A stretch of 64,000 nt of DNA from NCBI GenBank assembly GCA_038748685.1, contig JBCDIS010000003.1, positions 30,437-94,436 on the forward strand, read 5' to 3'. The position numbers and the translations under genes are program-made. The stretch is from Acidobacteriota bacterium (GTDB taxonomy: Bacteria; Acidobacteriota; Thermoanaerobaculia; Multivoradales; J023). The notes under the pieces were generated by a model. It searched no databases. It saw only the letters and a list, made by a program, of their open reading frames with translations, and was not told where the DNA came from. Below are positions 1-9,106 of this stretch, one piece after another (within the stretch, counting starts at the first letter, position 1; each line of letters begins with the position of its first letter).

Positions 1-201
1 CTCGACTCCGCTTCCCGACCGCAGGAACAGCGGGTCCCCGAGAACCTCCCGGAGCCGCTCCAGGGCATGGCTCACGGCGGACTGGGTGACCCCCAACCGG
101 GCTGCCGCGCGGGTGACCGATCGCTCTTCGAGCACCGCGAGGAGCGTCCTCAACGTCTTTCCGCTAAGGCTCATGTAATCGATTTCTTTCATATCGAACA
201 T
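1..201 (-). CDS. LysR-family transcriptional regulator, N-terminal HTH (5' part only; gene runs off the window)
   Basis: Not in the ORF track. Manual translation of the reverse complement gives [67 protein letters not shown], a typical LysR HTH. Start could be 201, 192 or 174. Confidence 0.9.
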   Translation of the reverse strand, partial: MFDMKEIDYMSLSGKTLRTLLAVLEERSVTRAAARLGVTQSAVSHALERLREVLGDPLFLRSGSGVE

Positions 202-204
202 GAA
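188..204. promoter_or_regulatory. Dyad TTCAT-N7-ATGAA overlapping the LysR start; candidate autoregulatory site
   Basis: Perfect 5-bp inverted repeat at the LysR 5' end, in the divergent LysR/SnoaL region. It is not a centred T-N11-A box. Confidence 0.35.
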
Positions 205-409
205 CTTACCACTATTGCCCTCATACCTTGCACCTCAGGATACTTGCGCCGCGGCGCCGCCCCAACCCATTCCCAGGATGGGAGAGCTTTCCTGAGGTCC
301 ATCTTCGCCGGTCCTCGGGGGGCCCCATCTGCCGGGGCCGGACCGCGTCGATTCGCGTCGAACCCGCCACAAGAACTGAATAGAGACATCCTCGGAAAGA
401 GAGCTTGCG

Positions 410-949
410 ATGAATGAAACGAGAAAGAGCGACTCAGCCGGCATTTGGAGGCTTCAAGCGCTGGCCGCCGTGATCCTGCTGACGTGTGCCGCAAACCCCA
501 CACAGCTCGTCGCCGAGACCCAAGCTTCCGACGCAACGGCCCTCCAAGTCGCCCAGGCCTTCATGGGCGCTCTCGGCGACGGCGATATGGAGACCCTGCG
601 AGGGCTGATGGCCGACGACATGGTCTGGCACAACGAAGGGGACTCCAGAATTCCTTGGATTGGGCCTTGGCTAGGAAAACAGGCCATCCTCGAAGAGTTT
701 CTGCCGGCCTTCGGCTCAGGTGCCCAAGCCAAGATGTGGAGCGTCGAACATGCTTCGGAGACCGACGACGAAGCCGCCATGACCGGACGGATGTCACTGC
801 TCCTGACGAACTCGGGGGTCGAGACCGGTCCGACGAGTTGGGCGGTCAGGGTCAGGGTCCGGAACGGTCAGGTCACCCTCTGGCATTGGTTCGAAGACAG
901 CCTTCTCATCTCCCGCGCCTTCCACGGCGAGAACGGCTCCAAGGAGTAG
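410..949 (+). CDS. Secreted SnoaL-like / NTF2-fold protein
   Basis: 179 aa. N-terminal hydrophobic signal, then FMGALGDGDMETLRGLMADDMVWHNEG...W and a C-terminal VRNGQVTLWHWFEDS, typical of SnoaL-like domains. Divergent from LysR. Confidence 0.8.
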   Translation: MNETRKSDSAGIWRLQALAAVILLTCAANPTQLVAETQASDATALQVAQAFMGALGDGDMETLRGLMADDMVWHNEGDSRIPWIGPWLGKQAILEEFLPAFGSGAQAKMWSVEHASETDDEAAMTGRMSLLLTNSGVETGPTSWAVRVRVRNGQVTLWHWFEDSLLISRAFHGENGSKE

Positions 950-1107
950 GCGCGCCGCAGACGGCCGAGCCGCTTTCACGGCCCGTCTCCGAGTTTTCCG
1001 CCGGAGGGCGAACCCGTCCCAGATACCTGAGACCTCCGTGCCGACCGGAGCCACACGCTACAGACGTTCCCATCCCTCCCCTTGAACCGAAATGGAGACC
1101 ATCGGTG

Positions 1108-1845
1108 ATGAGAAACCCTGCCCTCCAATATCTGATTGTTCTCTCCCTCGCTTTGCTGATGCCCAGCGTCGGCGCGGCGGAAAGTACCTGGTACGGATCC
1201 GTTGGCTTCGGCTATCAGTTTGTCGACGCGGACGTGGTCCCCCTCGGCAGCAACATCGCCGTCGACCCCGACTTTCCTCAGACCTGGGACCTCGACGACG
1301 TCCCGAGCCTCGACCTCGGCCTCGGCTACGTAGTCCACGATCGCCTGAGAATCGAGCTGAGCTACACGGTGACGGAGTACGAGGCCGACGCGACCAATAT
1401 CGGCACCGGGGCCCGCGACGGCTTCGCCTACAACGTGCGATTCGAGTCGGACATCGAAACCTTGATGCTCGAAGCCCATTGGGACCTCACCACCGGTTAT
1501 TCGTTTCGTCCGTTTCTCAAAGTCGGAGCCGGCTCGTCCTCCGCGGACAGCACGGCGTCGATCGACAGCAGCAACGACCCACTGTTCGAAGAGATTCTCG
1601 GGCCCGCCGGTTTTCTGAACGCCGAAGGACGCTACCCATACGATGGAAACTCCACCGACGACTTCTCATGGCTGGTCGGCATCGGCGTACGCTGGACCCT
1701 CACCGAGCGCCTACAGCTCGGAGCCGTGGCCCAGCGGGTGGAGTTGGGGGACCCAGCCACCGCGAGTGATCCGTTCACCGATGCCTTCGGCGTCCCGGAC
1801 CTCAGCAGCAACGAAGTCCGACTCTCTCTCGAGATAGGTTTCTGA
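1108..1845 (+). CDS. Outer-membrane beta-barrel protein (OmpA/opacity-like 8-strand family)
   Basis: Real start MRNPALQYLIVLSL at ATG 1108 inside ORF 445..1845. Signal peptide, WYGSVGFG, LGLGYVV..RLRIELSY, RPFLKVGAG, and a terminal Phe (LEIGF). Confidence 0.85.
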   Translation: MRNPALQYLIVLSLALLMPSVGAAESTWYGSVGFGYQFVDADVVPLGSNIAVDPDFPQTWDLDDVPSLDLGLGYVVHDRLRIELSYTVTEYEADATNIGTGARDGFAYNVRFESDIETLMLEAHWDLTTGYSFRPFLKVGAGSSSADSTASIDSSNDPLFEEILGPAGFLNAEGRYPYDGNSTDDFSWLVGIGVRWTLTERLQLGAVAQRVELGDPATASDPFTDAFGVPDLSSNEVRLSLEIGF

Positions 1846-1913
1846 GCCACTCCCGGTAAGTCCGCGTCACGGCGGACAGGCCAGGTCACAGCCGTCGGCG
1901 GCGGTCCCTCGCT

Positions 1914-4900
1914 CTATCCTCCGAGTCGCGTGGCGAAGGCGCGGTCGCCGCCTTCGTGGGCAAGCTCCCGGGCGCGGCGGAAGTGACCTTGGGCAGCGTC
2001 GTCCCCCTGGGCTCGGAGCACCTCCCCCGCCAACCGCTCCAGCTCCGCCCGCCAGTAGCCTTCGTCGCTCGATTCCGCCGCCCCGCGGGCCTTCTCCAGC
2101 CATTCCCCAGCGGCCTGGGGGTCGCCGTCCCACAGCTCCAGCTCCGCCCGCTGGGCCAGCATGTAGGTGATCGAGAGCCGGGCTCCGGCGGCGCGGTAGG
2201 CGCCCAGCCCCTCGTCCATCAGCCGCCGCGCCTCCTGGAACGCGCCGCGGTCGGTGGCTTTTCCGTCCTCACCCAGCGAGCCCTGGGCGAGGGCCGCCCC
2301 CTCGAAGAAGCGTCCCTGGGCTAGCCAGAAGAAGCCTTTGCGGGTCGACAGCTCGATCACTTTCTGCGCGTGATGACGGGTCCAGGGAACGTCCCCGCGG
2401 CTCTGGTGCAGGCGGGCGGCGTAGACGTGGGCGAAGGCCAGGCTGTAGCTGTGGCCGACCCGGTGGGCCAGCTCCACGGCCCGTTCGCTGCAGCGGACCG
2501 CGCCGTCGTCCTCGCCGAGGTGCCAAAGCACCAGGGACAGGGCCGCCAGCACCACCACCCCCACGTCCTGGCCCGAGGCCGACGCCAGGGGGGTGCTGCG
2601 ACCGGGGTCGTCGAGGGCGGCGGCCCGCGCCAGGCTGCTCCGCGCCTCGGCCAGATCCCCCCGAAAGTAATAGGCCTGGCCGACGGTGCTGAGGGCGACG
2701 ATCCGCAGTCCGTCGTCCCCCGACGCCTCCGCCAGGCGCACCAGGCGCTCCCCCAGCTCGAGGGCACGCCCCAGCTCGGAGCGCACCAGGTGGAAGGCCC
2801 AAAGGCCCCAGACCACCCAAAACAGCTGCGGGCTCTCCCCCAGGGCGTCGCAGCGGCGACGGGCGCTGGCGAAGCACTCCTCCACCTCCGGGAATGAATA
2901 TCCCCGGGTGACGGAGAGGGCCGCACCCAGGCGGGTATAGAGGGCCAGCTCCCGGGAGCTGCGTACCCCACCGGCTTCCATCTTCCCCGCCGCCGCAAGG
3001 CCCCGACGGAGGTGCTCGATGCCCGCCACGTTGGCGGAACGGGCGATCGCCAACTCCCCCGCCGCCAGCCAGTAGCGGCTGGCGGGGCCCGGGAGCCCGG
3101 CGGCGTCGAAGTGGTGGGCTAGGAGACCCGGATGCCTGGCCGCCACGGCTTGCCGGAGCTCCAGTTGCCGACCGATGCGGGCGTGCAGATCTCGACGCTC
3201 CCGCACCAGGAGGGATTCGTAGGCCGTATCGCGAACCAGGGCGTGCTTGAAGGAGTAGCGGATCTCCTCGCCAGAGCTGCTGCGCAGCAGCAGGCCCGCA
3301 GCCACCAGCCGCTCCAGCTGGGCCCGCAGCTCCCCACCGGTCGTGGAGGACACCTCCGCCAGCAGGTGGATGTCCACCTCCCGGCCCAGCACCGCAGCTT
3401 CCTGGGCCACCCCCTTCGCCGGTCCCATCCGATCGAGGCGGGCCGTCAAAGACTCCCGCAATGTCGCGGGAAGGGCCAATGGGCGCAGGGGCTCCGCCAG
3501 CTCGTACCGTCCTTCCCACGCCACCAGTTGACCGGATTCGAGCAGGGCGCGGGTCAGCTCTTCGACGAAGAGGGGCACGCCATCGGTTTGGGTGACGATC
3601 TGCTCGATCACACCCGACGGCAGCGGACGCCCCTCACCGATCGAAGCGATCAGGCCCTTGACGTCGTCCGGCTCCAGGCCAGCCAGCTCCAGCCGCAGCA
3701 AGTTCGGGCCGTCGGACCAGGGCGGCCGGGCCTCGGGACGGTGGGTGGTCAACAGCAGCAGCGGCGCTTCCGGAACCCGCTCCGCGAGGTCCCCGAGCAC
3801 CTCCAGGCTCATCGGATCGAGCCAGTGCAGGTCTTCCACCAGCAACACGAGCGGCGACCGGTGGGCCGACGCCAGCAGCAGCTCGACAATCAGCTCCCGG
3901 GTCCTGCGTCGCCGCATCTCGGGGGCCAGATCGGAGGGCGGGTAGCGCCCCGCGGCGTCGATCCCCAGCTGCTCCGCCAGGAGTGGGATACCTTCCGCCA
4001 GGGTGGCTTCACCTCCGTCCAGCAGCGTCTCCAGATGCTCCAAACGCTGGGACTCGGGAACCCCGTCATCGAGACCGGCGGCCCGGGCCACCAGCTCCGC
4101 CACGGGCTGAAGCGGGGCGCCCGTTTCGAAGGGGGAGCCCTGCGAGGTCACCCAGCGCGCGCGGGAGGACAGGCTGCCGCGGATCTCGGCGACGAGCCGC
4201 GACTTGCCGATGCCCGGCTCGCCGCCGATCACCACCGCCTGGCCCGCCCCGGCTAGGGCCGATCGGAACCGTTCCTCCACCGCCGCCAGCTCCCGTCCGC
4301 GCGCCAGCAGGGGCCGACGCCGGGAACCGACGGAGCGCGCCCCCTGGACCTCCGCCAACCCGAAGGATTCGGTCTCCCCCGGCAGCCGCACCGGTTCCAT
4401 GGGGCGTAGCATGAAGGTCCGCGCCACCATCTGGGCCGCGGTGTCGCTGGCCACCAAGCTCCCCACGGGGGCGAAGCCCTGCACCGCGATGGCCCGATCC
4501 AGGGTCGCCCCGAGGACCAGCTCGTCCCGATTCGCCACGGCGAGCACGATCCCCTGGCCGGCGTGGAGCCCCGCCCGCATCGCCACCGGTTCGAGGATCC
4601 CGGCGGGCAGAACGTCGTCGATTCGGGCCAGGAGCTCGAGGGCCGCCAACACCGCCCGCTGGGCGTCCTGCTCGTGACTCCGCGGATATCCGAAGCAAAC
4701 CACGACCCGATGCTCCCGCAGGCTCACCAGGTGGCCGCCGTAGCGGTCCACCACCTCCTCCGCCAGGGCACCGTACGCGGGGGCCGCGTCGAGCACCGTC
4801 TCGGCGTCGAGGGGAGCTCCGCCGGGACTGACGAGATCGCAGCACACGACCGAAACCTGTCGCCGTTCCCGCCGGCGCCCGGTGGTGGACGAAGACCCCG

Positions 4901-5975
4901 CCTCCCCGGGGACACTCCTCACCGCTCCATCGAAGGAGCCCGGAACCTTCGTCACGGACGTCGCGGCCGAGGGAAGAACGTCCTGGGCAGAGACCGCGGC
5001 CCCCGGCAGGGTTTCCTCCATTTCGGCGGTGGACTGGAGCTTGGGGACCGAGGCTGTCTGCGCCACCGGAACGGGATAGGCACCGGTGCCGCCGCCCACC
5101 CACCCTTCCGCCACCAACAGCGCCTCCAGCCGCGCCTGCACGGTGGTCGCGTCCGCCGGACGATGCTCAGGCTGCTTCGCCAGGAGATCGTCGATCAGCG
5201 CGGAGAGATCACCAGGGATCCCCGGCGCCACGAGGTGGGCCGGGGGGTGGGGCTCCGTACAGATCCGCTGCAGGGTCCGCACCACCGTCGAACCGCTGAA
5301 GGGCGCGCGGCCGGTCACCATGCGATACAGCAGAGACCCGAGGGAGAAGAGATCGGAGCGGTGATCCAGACGCCCGCCCATCGCCTGTTCGGGGGAGAGG
5401 GCCGAAAGGGTGCCCATGATCTTGCCGTCGACGGTCAGCGAAGGCTCGCTTTCATCGCCGAAGATCCGCTTGGCGAGGCCGAAGTCCAGCAGCTTCGCCC
5501 GCTTCTCCTCCGTCACCATAACGTTCTCGGGCTTGAGGTCCCGATGCAGGATGCCGGCGCCGTGGGCGGTGGCCAGGCCGGCGGCGATCTCCGACGCCAT
5601 CGCGACGGCTTCCCGGGGCGAGAGGGGCCCCTCCTCGAGGAGGTCGTAGAGGGTCCGCCCCACCACCAGCTCCATCACCGACCAGTCGCCGGTCTCGGTC
5701 TCCACCCAGTCGTAGATCTGGACGATGGCGGGGTGGTTCAAACGGGCCACCGCTTTCGCCTCGCGGCGAAACCGCTCGCGGGTGGCGGGATTGGCGATCT
5801 CCGTACGAATGTTCTTGAGGGCGACGTGACGTTCCAGCCGCTCGTCGAACCCGCGGTAGACCTGCCCCATGCCGCCGGCCCCGAGCTGCTTCTCGAGACG
5901 GTAGGGGCCGACCCGGTCTGGCCGCGAGAACAATCCGGTTGAAGAACCTGTGCTGGAATCGGCAGTAGAGCTCAC
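1914..5975 (-). CDS. Ser/Thr protein kinase - adenylate/guanylate cyclase-like - AAA/STAND ATPase - TPR fusion
   Basis: 1353 aa. Kinase motifs GAGGMGQVY, VALK, HRDLKPEN, DFG, SPE. Cyclase-like RRQVSVVCCDLV...CFGYP. Walker A GEPGIGKS, Walker B LLVEDLHW. Helical TPR-like C-terminus. GTG start. Confidence 0.92.
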   Translation of the reverse strand: MSSTADSSTGSSTGLFSRPDRVGPYRLEKQLGAGGMGQVYRGFDERLERHVALKNIRTEIANPATRERFRREAKAVARLNHPAIVQIYDWVETETGDWSVMELVVGRTLYDLLEEGPLSPREAVAMASEIAAGLATAHGAGILHRDLKPENVMVTEEKRAKLLDFGLAKRIFGDESEPSLTVDGKIMGTLSALSPEQAMGGRLDHRSDLFSLGSLLYRMVTGRAPFSGSTVVRTLQRICTEPHPPAHLVAPGIPGDLSALIDDLLAKQPEHRPADATTVQARLEALLVAEGWVGGGTGAYPVPVAQTASVPKLQSTAEMEETLPGAAVSAQDVLPSAATSVTKVPGSFDGAVRSVPGEAGSSSTTGRRRERRQVSVVCCDLVSPGGAPLDAETVLDAAPAYGALAEEVVDRYGGHLVSLREHRVVVCFGYPRSHEQDAQRAVLAALELLARIDDVLPAGILEPVAMRAGLHAGQGIVLAVANRDELVLGATLDRAIAVQGFAPVGSLVASDTAAQMVARTFMLRPMEPVRLPGETESFGLAEVQGARSVGSRRRPLLARGRELAAVEERFRSALAGAGQAVVIGGEPGIGKSRLVAEIRGSLSSRARWVTSQGSPFETGAPLQPVAELVARAAGLDDGVPESQRLEHLETLLDGGEATLAEGIPLLAEQLGIDAAGRYPPSDLAPEMRRRRTRELIVELLLASAHRSPLVLLVEDLHWLDPMSLEVLGDLAERVPEAPLLLLTTHRPEARPPWSDGPNLLRLELAGLEPDDVKGLIASIGEGRPLPSGVIEQIVTQTDGVPLFVEELTRALLESGQLVAWEGRYELAEPLRPLALPATLRESLTARLDRMGPAKGVAQEAAVLGREVDIHLLAEVSSTTGGELRAQLERLVAAGLLLRSSSGEEIRYSFKHALVRDTAYESLLVRERRDLHARIGRQLELRQAVAARHPGLLAHHFDAAGLPGPASRYWLAAGELAIARSANVAGIEHLRRGLAAAGKMEAGGVRSSRELALYTRLGAALSVTRGYSFPEVEECFASARRRCDALGESPQLFWVVWGLWAFHLVRSELGRALELGERLVRLAEASGDDGLRIVALSTVGQAYYFRGDLAEARSSLARAAALDDPGRSTPLASASGQDVGVVVLAALSLVLWHLGEDDGAVRCSERAVELAHRVGHSYSLAFAHVYAARLHQSRGDVPWTRHHAQKVIELSTRKGFFWLAQGRFFEGAALAQGSLGEDGKATDRGAFQEARRLMDEGLGAYRAAGARLSITYMLAQRAELELWDGDPQAAGEWLEKARGAAESSDEGYWRAELERLAGEVLRAQGDDAAQGHFRRARELAHEGGDRAFATRLGG

Positions 5976-6151
5976 CGGCAGAGTCTAGCAGCGGGTCCCC
6001 TCCGGCGGCGGCGCAACCGCCCGTTCATCTACCAGGCACCTGGCGGTTTTCTCTTCAAACCGAATCCCCTGAGCCCACCGCCGCCACGCCCCTTCCCCCG
6101 AACCTCAGGTCCTCCACCCGAGACTTCGTGCCGATAGACTCCCGACGCGCC

Positions 6152-8908
6152 ATGGACGAGACAGCCCCCCCATCCCGCAGCTTCCGTCTGGACGACTGGA
6201 TCGTCCACCCCGCTTTGCACCGCATCGAACGCGGCGACGAGACGGTGCGGCTCGAACCTAAGGTCATGCAGGTGCTCCAAAGCCTGGCGGAGCGCCCCAG
6301 GACTCTAAGGCCCAAGGCCGAGCTCATCCGGTGTGTGTGGGGGAACGCCCACGTCTCGAAGGAGGTGCTGACGAACGCCGTCTGGGAGCTCCGGCGGGCC
6401 CTCGGGGACAAGGCGAAGGCTCCGAAGTACATCGAGACGATTCCCCGTCGAGGGTACCGACTGCTGGTGGACATCGAGGTTCTAGACGAAGACGCCCCGG
6501 CGAACGCTGGGTCAGCGGAGGCTGGTCCGGCGGAGGACCCCGCGTCCAAACCCGGCGAGCCCGAGCCCGGCGAGCCCGAGCCTGAGGAGCCCGAGCCCGA
6601 GGAGCCCGAGCTCAAGGAGACCGAGCCCGAGGTCGAGCAGCCTGAAATCGACGAGCCCGAAACCGACGAGCCCGAGCCCGAGACGCAGGCCGTAGACCCG
6701 GCGGAGCCACCGAAGGATCTACGCGGGGTCTGGATCGCCTCTGCGTTGGTGCTGGCGGGGTTGGCCCTGGGGGCGTCGATATGGCTCGGTCGCTCCCCTG
6801 AAGACAAGGCCCCTGGTGGCCCCGTCGCCGGCACCACCGTCGGCGAGACGGTGGCCCCCCTCCGGCCCGAGGCCGTGACGCCGGAGGAGGACCCGGAGCC
6901 CGGGGAGCCGCCGCCGTTCTGGCGCTTCAAGACCGGCGGCGAGATCTGGTCGTCCCCCGCCGTGGCCGACGGACGGGTAGTCTTCGGCAGCGACGATCAC
7001 CGCCTCTACGCCCTCGACGCGGTGGACGGCCGTGAGCTCTGGCGCTTCGACACCGACGGCCGCATCCGCACCGCCCCGGCGATCCACGACGGCACCGTCT
7101 ACGCTGGTAGCGAGGACGGACACCTCTATGCCTTGGGCGCCGAGGACGGAATCCAGCGCTGGCGGGCGAGGACCCGGATCCGCTCGTCCCCCGTCGTCAA
7201 CGGGGCCGGCACGCGGATCTACTTCGGCGGCTTCGGGGAAAAGATCGGCTGCCTCGACGCCGCCACGGGTGAACTGCTCTGGGCCGTCCCCACCAACGGC
7301 CGGGTCCGCGCCTCGCCGCTGCTCGACGGCCCCCGACTCTACGTCGGCAGCGACGACGGCCACCTCTATGCCCTCGACGCCGGCAGCGGACGGGAGCTCT
7401 GGCGGTTCGAGACCGGCGCCGAGATCGACACCTCCCCCCGCCTCGACGGCGGAGTGGTCTACGTCGGTAGCCACGACGGATACCTATACGCCTTGGACGC
7501 CGGCAACGGGCGGGAGCTGTGGCGCTCCCAGACCGACGAATTCGTCGGCAGCGCCCCCTCGGTCTCCGGTGGCCGGGTCCTCGTCGGCAGCGGCGGCGGC
7601 GGCCTGTACGCCTTCGACGCCCGCAGCGGTATCGAGCTGTGGCGTCTCCAGACCGGGGACTTCGTCCGCTCGACGCCGGTGGTGGACGGCGACGCCGTCT
7701 ACGTGGGTTCCGGCGACCATCACCTCTACGCCGTCGACGCCGCCGACGGCCGGGGCCGCTGGCGCTTCGAGACCGACAGCTGGATCACCGGCTCCCCCGC
7801 CGTCGCCGGGGACATGGTCTACTTCGGCAGTATCGACGGCACCTTCTACGCCGTGCGCACCGACCTGCCGCCGGACGACCCTCCCCCATCGACCCCGCCA
7901 CCCGCCTTCGGGGTGGTGACGGCCCCCTCCTTCCACGACGGCGAGCCAAAGGTACGGTGGCGGTTCGACGTCGGCGGCGGGCTCTACCCTCCGGCCCGGG
8001 TGGCCGGGGACAGGATCTACGTGGGGGGCTCCCGCGATCTCGTGGCCTTGGACGCCGCCGGCGGCCGGGAGCTGTGGCGCTTCAAAACCGGGGATTCGGT
8101 GGACACGCGGCCGGCGGTGGACGGGGAAAGCGTGTACGTCGGCAGCCGCGACCACAACGTCTACGCCGTCGGCGTCGACGATGGCCGGGAGCGCTGGCGC
8201 TTCAAGACCGGCGGCGACGTGATTTCGTTCCCGGCCCTCCACCGGGGCGACGGCCAGCAGGTGATCTTCGGCAGCGGCGACGGCCACGTGTACTCCGTGG
8301 ACACCCACGACGGCCGCGAGCGCTGGCGCTTCGAAACCCACGGCGTGGTCAACGCCGCCCCGGTGATCGACCGCGGGGTCGTGTTCGTGGGCAGCTGCGA
8401 TGAGCATCTCTACGCCCTATCCGCCGACGACGGCCGGGAGCTGTGGCGCTTCCACGCCGACGACTGCATCGTCGCCTCGGCGCTGGTGGACGGCGACGTC
8501 GTCTACGTCGGCGACTCCCGGGGGACGTTCTACGCCGTCGACGGAGCGGTCGGCGGCGTCCGCTGGCGTTTCGAGACCGGCGGCGCCATCTGGTTCTATC
8601 CGGCGCTGGATTTCGGCATGGTCTACTTCGGCAGCGCCGACTACCACCTCTATGCGGTCGACACCACCACCGGCCTCGAACGGTGGCGGTTCGAAACAGG
8701 CAACCGGGTCCTCAGCTCCCCCGCGATCGACCTCGGGGTGCTCTACTTCGGCAGCTACGACCGGCACCTCTACGCGGTGAACGCCGTCAACGGCGAAGAG
8801 CTGTGGCGCCTGCGGACCGGAAGCGCGGTCCACAACGTCGCCCTCGGGGACGGTGTCGTCTACGGCTCGTCGGGGGACAGGCACCTCTACGCCGTCGACA
8901 TCCCCTGA
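6152..8908 (+). CDS. Membrane-anchored one-component regulator: OmpR/PhoB-type wHTH + acidic Pro-Glu linker + TM helix + two 8-bladed PQQ-like (BamB-like) beta-propellers
   Basis: CadC/ToxR-type wHTH (RLEPKVMQVL...LRRALGDKAKAPKYIETIPRRGYRL), a TM segment (VWIASALVLAGLALGASIWLG), and 16 W-x-F-x-T...SSP...GSxDxxLYA repeats counted in two sets of 8. Start ATG 6152 (GTG 6128 alternative). Confidence 0.88.
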   Translation: MDETAPPSRSFRLDDWIVHPALHRIERGDETVRLEPKVMQVLQSLAERPRTLRPKAELIRCVWGNAHVSKEVLTNAVWELRRALGDKAKAPKYIETIPRRGYRLLVDIEVLDEDAPANAGSAEAGPAEDPASKPGEPEPGEPEPEEPEPEEPELKETEPEVEQPEIDEPETDEPEPETQAVDPAEPPKDLRGVWIASALVLAGLALGASIWLGRSPEDKAPGGPVAGTTVGETVAPLRPEAVTPEEDPEPGEPPPFWRFKTGGEIWSSPAVADGRVVFGSDDHRLYALDAVDGRELWRFDTDGRIRTAPAIHDGTVYAGSEDGHLYALGAEDGIQRWRARTRIRSSPVVNGAGTRIYFGGFGEKIGCLDAATGELLWAVPTNGRVRASPLLDGPRLYVGSDDGHLYALDAGSGRELWRFETGAEIDTSPRLDGGVVYVGSHDGYLYALDAGNGRELWRSQTDEFVGSAPSVSGGRVLVGSGGGGLYAFDARSGIELWRLQTGDFVRSTPVVDGDAVYVGSGDHHLYAVDAADGRGRWRFETDSWITGSPAVAGDMVYFGSIDGTFYAVRTDLPPDDPPPSTPPPAFGVVTAPSFHDGEPKVRWRFDVGGGLYPPARVAGDRIYVGGSRDLVALDAAGGRELWRFKTGDSVDTRPAVDGESVYVGSRDHNVYAVGVDDGRERWRFKTGGDVISFPALHRGDGQQVIFGSGDGHVYSVDTHDGRERWRFETHGVVNAAPVIDRGVVFVGSCDEHLYALSADDGRELWRFHADDCIVASALVDGDVVYVGDSRGTFYAVDGAVGGVRWRFETGGAIWFYPALDFGMVYFGSADYHLYAVDTTTGLERWRFETGNRVLSSPAIDLGVLYFGSYDRHLYAVNAVNGEELWRLRTGSAVHNVALGDGVVYGSSGDRHLYAVDIP
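6551..6682 (+). repeat. Imperfect 15-bp coding tandem repeat (about 9 units, PxEPE-type)
   Basis: cccggcgagcccgag x2, cctgaggagcccgag, cccgaggagcccgag, then degenerating units, encoding PGEPE PGEPE PEEPE PEEPE LKETE PEVEQ PEIDE PETDE PEPE. Confidence 0.85.
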
Positions 8909-9106
8909 AAGCCCCGGAGCGGATTGGGGCTCGGCTCGAACCCCGACGGAGCGGCACTTATAGCCAGCGAGCTATGTGTCGAGATCAGGCCACCGCCCCG
9001 TCCCTCGCCATCGGCGCCCGGGGGACGCTCTGACGGGCTCGTCCCTCCGGGAGCAAATCGTCCGCGGCCATCCGTTCGGCGGCCGCGGACGATTCATGCT
9101 GCAAGC

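Noticed and set aside
445-1107. N-terminal extensions given by the ORF track (also 28732..29253, 18094..18246, 41267..41608, 57807..57872, 57976..58149)
   Set aside because: They overlap upstream genes or intergenic DNA. Downstream starts have an RBS and/or signal peptide and match the family N-termini.
1914-5975. TOMM (thiazole/oxazole microcin) cluster implied by the kinase/cyclase fusion architecture
   Set aside because: No cyclodehydratase, dehydrogenase or NHLP precursor in the window. The architecture alone is not diagnostic.
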